Origin: Candidatus Micrarchaeota archaeon
Lineage (GTDB): Archaea; Micrarchaeota; Micrarchaeia; Micrarchaeales; CABMGC01
DNA length: 64,000 nt
Reading direction: 5' to 3'
NCBI GenBank assembly: GCA_027319905.1
Contig: DAHVMJ010000003.1
Location: 3,669-67,668 of the forward strand
In this document: positions 9,342-17,941 of the stretch, piece after piece
Layout: each line of letters begins with the position of its first letter
Numbering within the stretch: position 1 is the stretch's first letter
Notes under the pieces: generated by a model
What the model was told of the DNA's origin: nothing
Database searches by the model: none
Seen by the model: only the letters and a program-made list of their open reading frames with translations
Position numbers and translations under genes: made by a program

Positions 9342-10568
9342 TCACTTTTTCTTAGGCACTATCCAGAGGTTCTGCATGCTTATTCGCGGAACCGGCGAAT
9401 GCTTCCCGTTGTCAAGCTTGTCAAGTAGTATAGAGATTGCGATTTCCTTTACTATATCATTCTCTATCTCCGCAAGATATTTAGATAGGAAGCTCGCTAC
9501 GAAGATTCTCTTCGCCTTCGTCTCGTCAACGCCTCTCGACATAAGGTAGAAGAGCGCCTCCCTGTCCAGCGGCGCAGTCGCGGCGCTGTGCGACGCAAAC
9601 GCAACGTCCTTGCAATCGATTGACATGTCTGGCAGAGGCTGTATCCTTGCGTCAGGATCGAGCACGAGGCCCTTCTCCTCCACGTTCGAGTACGATCCGT
9701 TCGTGCCTCTTTCTACCTTTGCGTAGCCCTTGAGTATGCAGAACGATCTGTCCTTCAGCACCGCGCCTGTTTTCAGGACAGCCCTCGTCATCTGGTTTGA
9801 GTTGAGAATGAATGTGTTCACATCGAACTTCTGGTCTGCGTTACCCAGCACTATCTCGTTTACTAGAAGGTTGCTTCCTTTTCCGGCGGCCTCGGCGAAG
9901 GTGGACGACCTCGTTATCCTTCCCCCGTTATATATCCCGTTTAGTCGCACAGTAGAATCCTCGCCAGCGGAGATCTTGTTCAATGCCCCGATGCTCGTTT
10001 CCAGGCCCTCGTTGTGGAGCACATTGACCTCCACGTTGGACCTGTCTCCGGCATTTACAACATGCAGCGGCATGCTTGCGCATTCGGATCCGGGAGAAGA
10101 GCCGAACCATTCGAAGAGACTGAGGTGCGAACCTGCAGCGGCGTTCACTACTACCTCTAAAGGCATGCTGGAGCTGTCGCACAGGAAAAGGAAGTTGAGC
10201 TTTGCCTCTTTCCCCTCAGGAATATGGACCTCGACAACGCTTTCAGACCTGCTGGTTACGTAGCCGCCGAGCCTTTCCTCGAAACCCGCTTTGGCGTCTT
10301 CTTTATATTCGCGCGTGTCCTTCTTCGATACCCTCACAAACTCGCTGCCTGATACAAGTCCGTCCTTTCCATTATACAGGTCGAACCTCAATCTGGACTC
10401 GTCGGTTATCCGCTTTCTCAGCTCTTCGATTCCGGCGCCGTCTCCGGCTTTGGCACCCTGCGGCAACAGGAAATTCACTACATACTTCTTGTAGAGCTCG
10501 GCTGTCTCGAAAGGCATATGCTTGTAGCTCGCAATAGCTTGCTCTACAATCTTCTCGGCGTTCTCCAC
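9342..10568 (-). CDS. sufD: Fe-S cluster assembly protein SufD
   Basis: 408 aa with beta-helix-like repeats. The C-terminal DREALFYLMSRGVDETKAKRI is shared with SufB/SufD. Lies between sufB and sufC. Confidence 0.85.
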   Translation of the reverse strand: MENAEKIVEQAIASYKHMPFETAELYKKYVVNFLLPQGAKAGDGAGIEELRKRITDESRLRFDLYNGKDGLVSGSEFVRVSKKDTREYKEDAKAGFEERLGGYVTSRSESVVEVHIPEGKEAKLNFLFLCDSSSMPLEVVVNAAAGSHLSLFEWFGSSPGSECASMPLHVVNAGDRSNVEVNVLHNEGLETSIGALNKISAGEDSTVRLNGIYNGGRITRSSTFAEAAGKGSNLLVNEIVLGNADQKFDVNTFILNSNQMTRAVLKTGAVLKDRSFCILKGYAKVERGTNGSYSNVEEKGLVLDPDARIQPLPDMSIDCKDVAFASHSAATAPLDREALFYLMSRGVDETKAKRIFVASFLSKYLAEIENDIVKEIAISILLDKLDNGKHSPVPRISMQNLWIVPKKK

Positions 10569-10586
10569 AGTAATTACCTTGCGTTG

Positions 10587-12005
10587 CTAACCTACCGAAC
10601 CCGCCATGTCTAGCTTGATCAGTCTTTTGAGTTCAAGTGAGTACTCCATCGGCAGAACCTTTGTGAGGTCGTTGAGGAACCCCAGCACTATCATAGCTAT
10701 CGCGTCGCTTTCTGATATGCCCCTGGACATGAGGTAAAATACGTCATCTTCGCTTATCTTGCCCACCTTCGCCTCGTGGCTTATCATAGCATCGTTTCTC
10801 TGTATGTCGACATAGGGATATGTATTTGTCTTCGCGTGCTCGTCCATCAGAAGCGCGTCGCATGTTGTGTTCACCTTGGCGTTCTCAGCCTCCTTGCTCA
10901 CGTACACGAGCCCGCGGAAGGTTGTCAGTCCGCTTCCTTTTGATATGCTCTTTGAGACCATTCTTGAGGTGGTGTTCGGGGCGAGATGATAGACCTTGCC
11001 TCCAGAATCCTGCACCTGCCCATCAGCAGCAAGAGCTATCGACAGTATCTCGCCCTTAGAGTTCTTGCCCTTGAGATATACGCTCGGATACTTCATGTTG
11101 ACCGAGCTTCCTATGTTTGCGTCGATCCATTCCACGTGAGCGTTCTCGTGCGCGTAGGCCCGCTGGGTGACAAGGTTGTAGACGTTCTTTGCCCAGTTCT
11201 GGATTGTCACGTATCGTATGTGCGCATCTTTGTGCGCGACCATCTCAACGACAGCCGCATGCAGCGCATTCGCAGCATATACCGGAGCAGTGCAGCCCTC
11301 TATGTACGTAACGTCCGCGCCTTCGTCCGCGACTATCAGCGTTCTTTCAAACTGCCCTGATTTTTCCGCGTTTATCCTGAAATAAGCATTGAGAGGCATC
11401 GGCACCTTTACTCCCTTGGGTACGTAGATGACCGATCCGCCGCTCCAGGTGGCCGAATTCAGCGCCGCAAACTTGTTGTCGGTCGGCGGTATCACAGTTC
11501 CGAAGTACTTTTTCATCAGCTCCGGGTACTTCTTCACCGCGGTATCCGTGTCGGTGAAGATGACCCCCAGTTTCTCAAGCTGCTCGTTGACGTGCGAGTA
11601 AACAACACCAGAATCGAACTGTGCCTCCGCCCCCGCGAAGAACTTCCTCTCCGCTTCGGGCACCCCCAGCTTCTCATAAGTTTTCTTTATCTCTTCTGGG
11701 ACATCTTCCCACTTCGTGGATTCCTTGGCTTTCGGCATCCTGTAGTAGTAGATGTCATTGTAATCGATCTTGCTCAGGTCCGCGCCCCAGGTGGGCGTTG
11801 GCTTGCTATTGAACATCTTGTATCCGAGCAGGCGCTTGTCGAGCATCCACTGCGGCTCATTCTTTAACGCAGATATCTTTCTGACCACAGCTTCAGACAA
11901 ACCCTTCTCGAACTCAACGTATTCCGTCTTTGTCGAGAATCCGTAGCGTTCCTTGTAGTCCTCTGCCGCTAGTATATCCTGCACGTTTACTGCCATGTAA
12001 GCCAC
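10587..12005 (-). CDS. sufB: Fe-S cluster assembly protein SufB
   Basis: 472 aa. Typical SufB features: ...VIYVPKGVKVPMPLNAYFRIN... and a C-terminal DDVFYLMSRGISESDAIAMIV. Confidence 0.95.
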   Translation of the reverse strand: MAYMAVNVQDILAAEDYKERYGFSTKTEYVEFEKGLSEAVVRKISALKNEPQWMLDKRLLGYKMFNSKPTPTWGADLSKIDYNDIYYYRMPKAKESTKWEDVPEEIKKTYEKLGVPEAERKFFAGAEAQFDSGVVYSHVNEQLEKLGVIFTDTDTAVKKYPELMKKYFGTVIPPTDNKFAALNSATWSGGSVIYVPKGVKVPMPLNAYFRINAEKSGQFERTLIVADEGADVTYIEGCTAPVYAANALHAAVVEMVAHKDAHIRYVTIQNWAKNVYNLVTQRAYAHENAHVEWIDANIGSSVNMKYPSVYLKGKNSKGEILSIALAADGQVQDSGGKVYHLAPNTTSRMVSKSISKGSGLTTFRGLVYVSKEAENAKVNTTCDALLMDEHAKTNTYPYVDIQRNDAMISHEAKVGKISEDDVFYLMSRGISESDAIAMIVLGFLNDLTKVLPMEYSLELKRLIKLDMAGSVG

Positions 12006-12008
12006 CGG

Positions 12009-12380
12009 TCAGGCACCGTTCTGCATTGCGAGGCTCTCCGCGTAGGCGTGTGAGAATGCGCACATTATGTTGTTCGCCACGCTGCATATGGTGCAGACGC
12101 AAACGTTAACGTACTCATCCTTGCCTTCCGCGATCTTCCTTATGTACTCGTCTATGACCTCGCGATGCCCCTGTATCTTCCCCTCTATCTCCTCAACCTT
12201 CTTCTTGAGACTGTCAGAGTACTTTTCAGTCACGTACTTGCTAACCGCAGCCTGAGCGACCCCCAGATAACGTGCAACGTCGGCTTCCCTTATGTTGTAC
12301 TTCTCCACCAGGGCGCGCGCAATGATCGATTTTGCTACGGGCACTGTCTCATCGGCCGCGATTTCGTACTTGCTGGGCAT
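12009..12380 (-). CDS. HTH transcriptional regulator with a C-terminal Cys cluster, first gene of the suf operon
   Basis: 123 aa. HTH-like NIREADVARYLGVAQAAVSKYV. C-terminal VCVCTICSVANNIMCAF carries four Cys (C-x-C-x2-C-x9-C). Its stop lies 3 nt before the sufB start. Confidence 0.6.
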   Translation of the reverse strand: MPSKYEIAADETVPVAKSIIARALVEKYNIREADVARYLGVAQAAVSKYVTEKYSDSLKKKVEEIEGKIQGHREVIDEYIRKIAEGKDEYVNVCVCTICSVANNIMCAFSHAYAESLAMQNGA

Positions 12381-12402
12381 AGAAGTTCACGATATAACTC
12401 AG

Positions 12403-12435
12403 TTATAAATAATAAACACTTATACCTTTATATAT
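12403..12435. promoter_or_regulatory. Divergent TATA-like promoter pair
   Basis: ttataaataa (12403-12412) is centred about 28 nt upstream of the minus-strand ATG at 12380. tttatatat (12427-12435) is centred about 28 nt upstream of the plus-strand ATG at 12459. This spacing fits archaeal TATA boxes driving near-leaderless mRNAs. Confidence 0.45.
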
Positions 12436-12458
12436 CTAATTAATTAGCGTGTGATACG

Positions 12459-12845
12459 ATGTTGGACGCTAAAGCAAAAGCCATGATAAACGGGAAGAAC
12501 TTCGCCTTCATAGCCACCCTGGCCAGAGACGGCTCCCCGCAGCTCACCCCGGTCTGGGTCGATACCGATGGGAAGCACGTGATAGTGAATACTGCCATGG
12601 GCAGGGCGAAGCAGAGGAACACAGCGCGTGACAACAGGGTCGCAGTGGTGATATCAGACAGCAAGAATCCCTACAGCTACACATACGTAAAGGGGCGCGT
12701 TACAGAACAGAAAAAGGAGGGCGCATCGGAGCACATAGACAAGCTAGCCAAGAAATACCTTGACAAGGAGAGCTATCCGTGGAAGGATCCAAAAGAAACG
12801 CGTGTGATGCTTGTAATAACTCCTGAAAAGGTGATTTCGCAATGA
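12459..12845 (+). CDS. Pyridoxamine 5'-phosphate oxidase-like FMN/F420-binding split-barrel protein
   Basis: 128 aa. FAFIATLARDGSPQLTPVWV...NRVAVVISD fits the PNPOx-like split beta-barrel pattern. Confidence 0.75.
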   Translation: MLDAKAKAMINGKNFAFIATLARDGSPQLTPVWVDTDGKHVIVNTAMGRAKQRNTARDNRVAVVISDSKNPYSYTYVKGRVTEQKKEGASEHIDKLAKKYLDKESYPWKDPKETRVMLVITPEKVISQ

Positions 12846-13234
12846 TAAAATTCAACAAGGAAGAGGAGAAGCTGCTCAGAAAGCAGGATGTTGCGCGTAT
12901 AGCCACTGTTTCGGAAAAGGGCTGGCCGCAGGTAACTCCGGTGGTGCATCTCTACGACAACGGCGCGATCTATTTTATAACGGACTATGGCAGCAAGAAG
13001 CAGAGGAACATAGAGAAGAACAACAAGGTCGCCGTAGCTGTTGACGTGTATTCACGGCAGCCGCAGAGCGTGATAGTGCAGGGCCGCGCCGAGATGCTGA
13101 GGAAAGGAGAGGAGTTCAAGCGGATAGAGAAGCTCTTCGAGCAGAGGCACGCTTACTACAAGGCGAACCCTGTCAAAGAGGGAGACGCGCCGATAATCAA
13201 GGTAACCCCAGTAAACAAGTTCAGTTCCCTGTGA
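12842..13234 (+). CDS. Pyridoxamine 5'-phosphate oxidase-like split-barrel protein (tandem paralog)
   Basis: 130 aa. VARIATVSEKGWPQVTPVVH...NKVAVAVD. ATGA overlap with the upstream paralog. Confidence 0.75.
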   Translation: MIKFNKEEEKLLRKQDVARIATVSEKGWPQVTPVVHLYDNGAIYFITDYGSKKQRNIEKNNKVAVAVDVYSRQPQSVIVQGRAEMLRKGEEFKRIEKLFEQRHAYYKANPVKEGDAPIIKVTPVNKFSSL

Positions 13235-13820
13235 TCCCCGCTCTTCTGGCTCCCGCATAGACCTTTTGTACGAACCCGAACCTCTTTTCGAACCTTGCCC
13301 TCAGTGTCACATAGTCGTCCAGTCCGGTTCCGAAATACCTGTTGACCTGGAAATGGAGGTGTGGATTCTTCGTGAAGCCGGTGTTGCCACTTAGCGCTAT
13401 CACCTGACCTTTTTTGACGTGCTGGCCCGCCCGCACCCTTATCTTCTTGTAGGCAAGGTGTTCGTACCACGTGTACTCATTGCGGCTGTGTTTTATGTCA
13501 ATCCAGTTTCCCAGGTCCCAGTATCTGGTACTTATTCCATGCACATTTGAGTCGTCGCGCGTTGCGAAGACCACTCCGCCAGCAGCGGCTAAAACCGGCG
13601 TGCCCTCAGGCACATAAAAATCTATGGAGTTGCGCAGGTTGCCCTGGTGCGCCGGCGAGACGCCTCGCGCGCCGAACGCCATGATTGCGGAAGCCGGAAC
13701 CGGCAGCGTGTAAACGTTTGCAGACCTGTCGTTGCTGCTTCTTCTCAACACCAGCCTTTTGCGGAGCACCTCCGGGCGTTTCGCCAAAAATGCGTTAGGG
13801 ACCAGTTCCCGCTTGATCAT
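13221..13820 (-). CDS. M23 (LytM/lysostaphin-type) metallopeptidase
   Basis: 199 aa. SIDFYVPEGTPVLAAAGGVV and the C-terminal GNTGFTKNPHLHFQV (HxH zinc motif) match the M23 family. No obvious signal peptide. Confidence 0.8.
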   Translation of the reverse strand: MIKRELVPNAFLAKRPEVLRKRLVLRRSSNDRSANVYTLPVPASAIMAFGARGVSPAHQGNLRNSIDFYVPEGTPVLAAAGGVVFATRDDSNVHGISTRYWDLGNWIDIKHSRNEYTWYEHLAYKKIRVRAGQHVKKGQVIALSGNTGFTKNPHLHFQVNRYFGTGLDDYVTLRARFEKRFGFVQKVYAGARRAGITGN

Positions 13821-13905
13821 GTCATCTCCGCCGTCGTGCCTCCGATTGCAACTGCCTTTTCGATGTCTTTGACATTTTCAAAGTTCCTGAAAGCCATGCC
13901 ACACC

Positions 13906-16284
13906 TTACTCTGCCTTGATTTCAAGATGTATCTCGGTTTCGGGTACGGTGAGCGTTCCAGATCCCCTTGTAAGCCTTCCAATGTTCATCGCACCCTTTA
14001 CGTCCTCCTCCAGCCCCCCCAGATCTTCGCTCACCACAAGCTCCTTGAGTTCCGCATTCAGCGCCATCTTGTTGTTGTGCTTCCACTGCCTTATGTACTC
14101 TATTACCTTCTGCGCCATGTCGCCCTTCTTCAGGCTCGGCTCGTCGACCCACTTCTTGTCAAAGGTGGGCCACGCAGAAACATGTATTGACACCGCTTTG
14201 TCCAACTTTCCCCTGAATAACTTCTGGTATATCTCCTCAGTTGCGAAAGGCATAAACGGCGCCAGCATCTTGAGAACAAGCAGGAAGACATAGCCGAGGG
14301 TGGCATTTGCCGAGGAATCTTTTCCGTATATCCTGTACTTGATGAACTCGAGGTAGTTGTCGCTGAAGAACCAGAAGAACTCCTCGGCTACCCGCTTTGC
14401 TCCGGAGTAGTTGAAGTTCTCGAACAGCTCGGTGGCCTCCTTCAGCGCGTAGAGAGACCTGGCCGTTATCCATCTGTCGATCTCCTTTGGTTTGCTCTCA
14501 AATGTCTTGCAGTTCTGGTCTATGAACTTAGCTACGTTCCACAGCTTGTTAACAAGCCTCTGGCCGCTTATCATGTCCTTCTCCTGGAACGAGGAATCCT
14601 CTCCCAGGGTGGAGGAGCTGGCCCAGTACCTTACTGGATCTGCGCCGAACTTCTCCAGCGTCTTGTCGGCGTCAATTATGTTGCCCTCTGACTTGTGCAT
14701 TGGCTTGCCCTTCGGGTCCAGCCCGTGACCGGAGATCACAGCCTCAGCCCATGGCAGTTTTTTCGTGTGAAGGTAGCACTTTACTATCGTGGTGAAGAGC
14801 CAGAAGGTTATGATGTCGTGTGCCTGAGGCCTCAGGCTCATCGGATATATCTTGCCCATGTACTTCTTGTCTGTTGCCCACCTGGCGTTTATCAGAGGCG
14901 TTAGCGACGAAGTGGCCCACGTGTCCATCACGTCAGCCTCCGGCACAAATTCCGTGGATCCGCACTTGGCGCAGCCGAGCTTGGGTTTGTCAACGAGAGG
15001 GTTTACTGGTAGCTGGTCCCTGTCAGCAAGCTTCACCTCGCCGCAGTTCTTGCAGTACCAGACGGGGAATGGGATGCCAAAGAACCTCTGTCTGCTTATT
15101 CCCCAGTCCCACTGGAGTCCCTGCACCCAGTTGTCATAGCGGTGATGCATGTAATCGGGGTGCCACCTGAGCTGCTTACCGAGTCTTAGCAGCTCGTCCT
15201 TAAGGTCCAGGTACCTGATGTACCACTGCTCCTTGACTATGAACTCTATCTCGTTCTTGCATCTCTCGTGTACCTTGATGTCGTGGTCTATCTCCTGCTC
15301 CCTGGTTACGTAGCCACCCTTCTTCAGCTCCTCTACTATCTTCTGCCTCGCCTCCTTCGGTTTCATCCCCCTGTAGCCTTCCACTGTCATCCTCCCTGAG
15401 TCGTCGATTGCGATGCGCAGGCTAAGGTTATAGGCCTTGTACCACTCTATGTCCGTCTGGTCCCCGAATGTGCAGCACATCACCATCCCCGTGCCCTTTG
15501 TGGGGTCGACCCTCTGGTCAGCCATTATGCCTACCTCGTTTCCGAAGAGCGGCACCTTAACCTGCTTCCCAACGAGTTTCGCATGCTTCTTGTCTTCGGG
15601 GTTGACAAATATGGCGACGATTGCTGGCAGCAGCTCGGGCCTCGTGGTGGCTATCTCAACATCCTTTGAGAATTTTATGTAAACGAAATTCGTCTTCTCG
15701 GTCTTGTCCTGAAGCTCCATCTGCGAAACAGCCGTCCTGTCCTTCGGGCACCAGAGCGTCGGCGTTTCTTTCCTGTAGGCCCTGCCCATCTCATGCAGCT
15801 CGATGAAGGAGAGCTGCGATGCTATCCTGGAATCTTTGCTTATCGTTGTGTAGAGCAGTGACCAGTCCGCCGATATGCCGACAGCGCGCCAGATCTTCTT
15901 GTACTCCTCCTCATACTTGTCCTTGGTCTTTTCCACGAGCTCTATGAATTTCTCCCTTCCAAGCTTCTCGGCCACTACGTTGTGCTCCTTCTCCACCAGT
16001 ATCTCTGTCGGCAGGCCGTTGTTGTCGAGCCCGAAAGGATAGAAGACGTTGTAGCCGCTCATGCGTTTGTACCTTGCTATGAAATCCGCCTGCGAGTACG
16101 AGAAGAGGTGGCCGATGTGCAGATGACCGGAGATTGTCGGTGGCGGCGTGTCTATCGAATAGACCTTCCTGCTTGATTTCTCGTCAAAATCGTATATCTT
16201 CTCCTTCTTCCAAAGCTCGGCTATGCGTTTCTCCACCTCCCTGTAGTCATATCCGCCGAGCATCGAATAGCCTATTACTCGCAA
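13906..16284 (-). CDS. valS: Valyl-tRNA synthetase
   Basis: 792 aa. HIGH motif PPTISGHLHIGHLFSY. TTRPELLPAIVAIFVNPED and WGISRQRFFGIPFPVWYC are also present. KMSKS-equivalent is KPMHKSEGN. Confidence 0.88.
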   Translation of the reverse strand: MRVIGYSMLGGYDYREVEKRIAELWKKEKIYDFDEKSSRKVYSIDTPPPTISGHLHIGHLFSYSQADFIARYKRMSGYNVFYPFGLDNNGLPTEILVEKEHNVVAEKLGREKFIELVEKTKDKYEEEYKKIWRAVGISADWSLLYTTISKDSRIASQLSFIELHEMGRAYRKETPTLWCPKDRTAVSQMELQDKTEKTNFVYIKFSKDVEIATTRPELLPAIVAIFVNPEDKKHAKLVGKQVKVPLFGNEVGIMADQRVDPTKGTGMVMCCTFGDQTDIEWYKAYNLSLRIAIDDSGRMTVEGYRGMKPKEARQKIVEELKKGGYVTREQEIDHDIKVHERCKNEIEFIVKEQWYIRYLDLKDELLRLGKQLRWHPDYMHHRYDNWVQGLQWDWGISRQRFFGIPFPVWYCKNCGEVKLADRDQLPVNPLVDKPKLGCAKCGSTEFVPEADVMDTWATSSLTPLINARWATDKKYMGKIYPMSLRPQAHDIITFWLFTTIVKCYLHTKKLPWAEAVISGHGLDPKGKPMHKSEGNIIDADKTLEKFGADPVRYWASSSTLGEDSSFQEKDMISGQRLVNKLWNVAKFIDQNCKTFESKPKEIDRWITARSLYALKEATELFENFNYSGAKRVAEEFFWFFSDNYLEFIKYRIYGKDSSANATLGYVFLLVLKMLAPFMPFATEEIYQKLFRGKLDKAVSIHVSAWPTFDKKWVDEPSLKKGDMAQKVIEYIRQWKHNNKMALNAELKELVVSEDLGGLEEDVKGAMNIGRLTRGSGTLTVPETEIHLEIKAE

Positions 16285-16314
16285 TCATATAAACCTTAAA
16301 GCTTCATTAGAGAC

Positions 16315-16782
16315 ATGGACAGGCAAGACTGCATATTCTGCAGGATAGTTGCGGGTAGGCTCCCTGCATACAGGATATACGAAGACAGGAGATACGTGGC
16401 AATACTAGACATCTTTCCCAACACAAGAGGGCAGACGCTGGTCCTGCCCAAGAGACACATGGTCAGCCTGTTTTCCGACATAAGCGATGGTGAGCTGTCC
16501 CAGTTCGTGCTTGTCTCAAAAAAAGTTGCAAACCTGCTACGCAGAAAGTTGGGAGTGGCAAGGGTGCACATGGTACTCGAAGGCCTCGGGGCAAATCACC
16601 TGCATGCGAAGCTCTACCCCGCGAACGGGCTGACTTCAAGCAGATTCAGGCAGATTCTCGCTCCCGAAACCGCATACTTCAAAAGATATCCAGGGTACGT
16701 GAGTACCGTTCTGGGACCTCGCGCCAGTGACGCTTCGCTGAGGCGATTGCAAAAGCAGATTACGGGAAGAGTTGGTGCCTGA
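16315..16782 (+). CDS. HIT-family nucleotide hydrolase/transferase
   Basis: 155 aa. CIFCRIVAGRLPAYRIYEDRRYVAILDIFP, and a triad region GANHLHAKLYP (H-x-H-x-K, third His replaced by Lys). Confidence 0.82.
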   Translation: MDRQDCIFCRIVAGRLPAYRIYEDRRYVAILDIFPNTRGQTLVLPKRHMVSLFSDISDGELSQFVLVSKKVANLLRRKLGVARVHMVLEGLGANHLHAKLYPANGLTSSRFRQILAPETAYFKRYPGYVSTVLGPRASDASLRRLQKQITGRVGA

Positions 16783-17099
16783 TGCCCGCGATGCCGAAAA
16801 GATTCAAGCGCGTCATCGAGGATTTTGTCTGCTTCAACTGTGGAACCGAGATCAAGGGCGGCGGATATACGGACCACTGCCCAAACTGCCTCTGGGGCCT
16901 GCACGTGGACAATAATCCTGGTGATAGAGCTTCAAAATGCAAGGGGAGGCTAAAGCCGGTCGGCGCAGCCTACGATGGGTTCGGCTATATGATAGAATAT
17001 GAATGCCTAAAGTGCGGCGCCAAAAAGAGATTCGGAGCCTCTGAAAATGATAACGAGGAGCTGCTGATCTCGCTAGTTGAAAGGTCGGGAGCGGTCTAG
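16782..17099 (+). CDS. RNHCP-domain zinc-ribbon protein
   Basis: 105 aa. CFNCG...TDHCPNCLWGLHVDNNPGDRASKCKG...CLKCG matches the RNHCP domain signature. The ATG shares one base with the HIT stop (TGATG). Confidence 0.7.
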   Translation: MPAMPKRFKRVIEDFVCFNCGTEIKGGGYTDHCPNCLWGLHVDNNPGDRASKCKGRLKPVGAAYDGFGYMIEYECLKCGAKKRFGASENDNEELLISLVERSGAV

Positions 17100-17113
17100 C
17101 ACGTGCGGCCTGC

Positions 17114-17941
17114 TCATCTGTAGTAATCGTCTCCGTCCACTAGCTCTGCTGTCTGGCCCACCACTTTGTACACCTTTCGGTAGCCTATCCTCTTCAGGTT
17201 CTTCACCACCTGGGTGAACGCCTCGCCTCTTCTATGGCTGTCATCGACCACCAGAGCCACCTTGTTGGTGTTGTCCACCAGCGTCTTCAGCTCGAGCGGG
17301 TGAACGAAGAACTCGCGTTCCATCCTGCTTCCGTCCTCGAACGGCGTCTGCCCCTGGTTCGAGAAGCCAATGAGCGCGTAGCCTACGGGGTCCAGCTTCA
17401 TCTGCTTCATCTTCTCTATCACAAGCGGCGTTACCGTAAGTCCGCCGGTCATGTTCGTTATCACTATCGTCTCGCCCTTTGAGAAATACTGGAACGGACT
17501 GTGCATCCTGCAGGTAAACTCGCTTATAGTGTGCGCGTCTGGCGCGGCGAACGACCAGCCTCCGTTCGACGCATGCATGACGAACTGCTCTCCTCCCGCC
17601 TTGAGGCCTATCTCCACCTGCCTTCTCAGTATGCGCAGGCTTTCCGCGCACTCCTCAAGGCTGTTGTTCATGAACGCGCCAGCCCACAGCCTTCTGACCT
17701 TCCACTCTCCGAACATGTGGTCTTTATAGTCGAGGTCCCTGGCCAGTTTCATGAAGTCTTCAAGGTAGCGCTGATGCTGATACACGCTGAGAATCTTGGT
17801 CTTGTACACGTCCGGAACTCTAAAGCCAAATCTCTGGTTGAGTCTCGGGTCCCCTAGAACGTCTGCCTTGTCGTTTTTCTGCTCAGCTATCTTGGTCGCC
17901 GTCCTAGCGTCCTCATTGCTGTATTCCCTTACTATGTTCAT
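17114..17941 (-). CDS. Helical-domain + PRTase-like protein, operon gene 6 of 6 (degenerate PRPP loop)
   Basis: 275 aa. Motifs: FGFRVPDVY, RRLWAGAFMNNSLEECAESLRILRRQ, IVITNMTGGLTVTP, GYALIGFSNQGQTPFEDGS and VALVVDDSHRRGEAFTQV (PRTase-like hhhhDD, but [ST]G-x-[ST] is replaced by RG-E-A). ATGA overlap with gene 5. Confidence 0.75.
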   Translation of the reverse strand: MNIVREYSNEDARTATKIAEQKNDKADVLGDPRLNQRFGFRVPDVYKTKILSVYQHQRYLEDFMKLARDLDYKDHMFGEWKVRRLWAGAFMNNSLEECAESLRILRRQVEIGLKAGGEQFVMHASNGGWSFAAPDAHTISEFTCRMHSPFQYFSKGETIVITNMTGGLTVTPLVIEKMKQMKLDPVGYALIGFSNQGQTPFEDGSRMEREFFVHPLELKTLVDNTNKVALVVDDSHRRGEAFTQVVKNLKRIGYRKVYKVVGQTAELVDGDDYYR

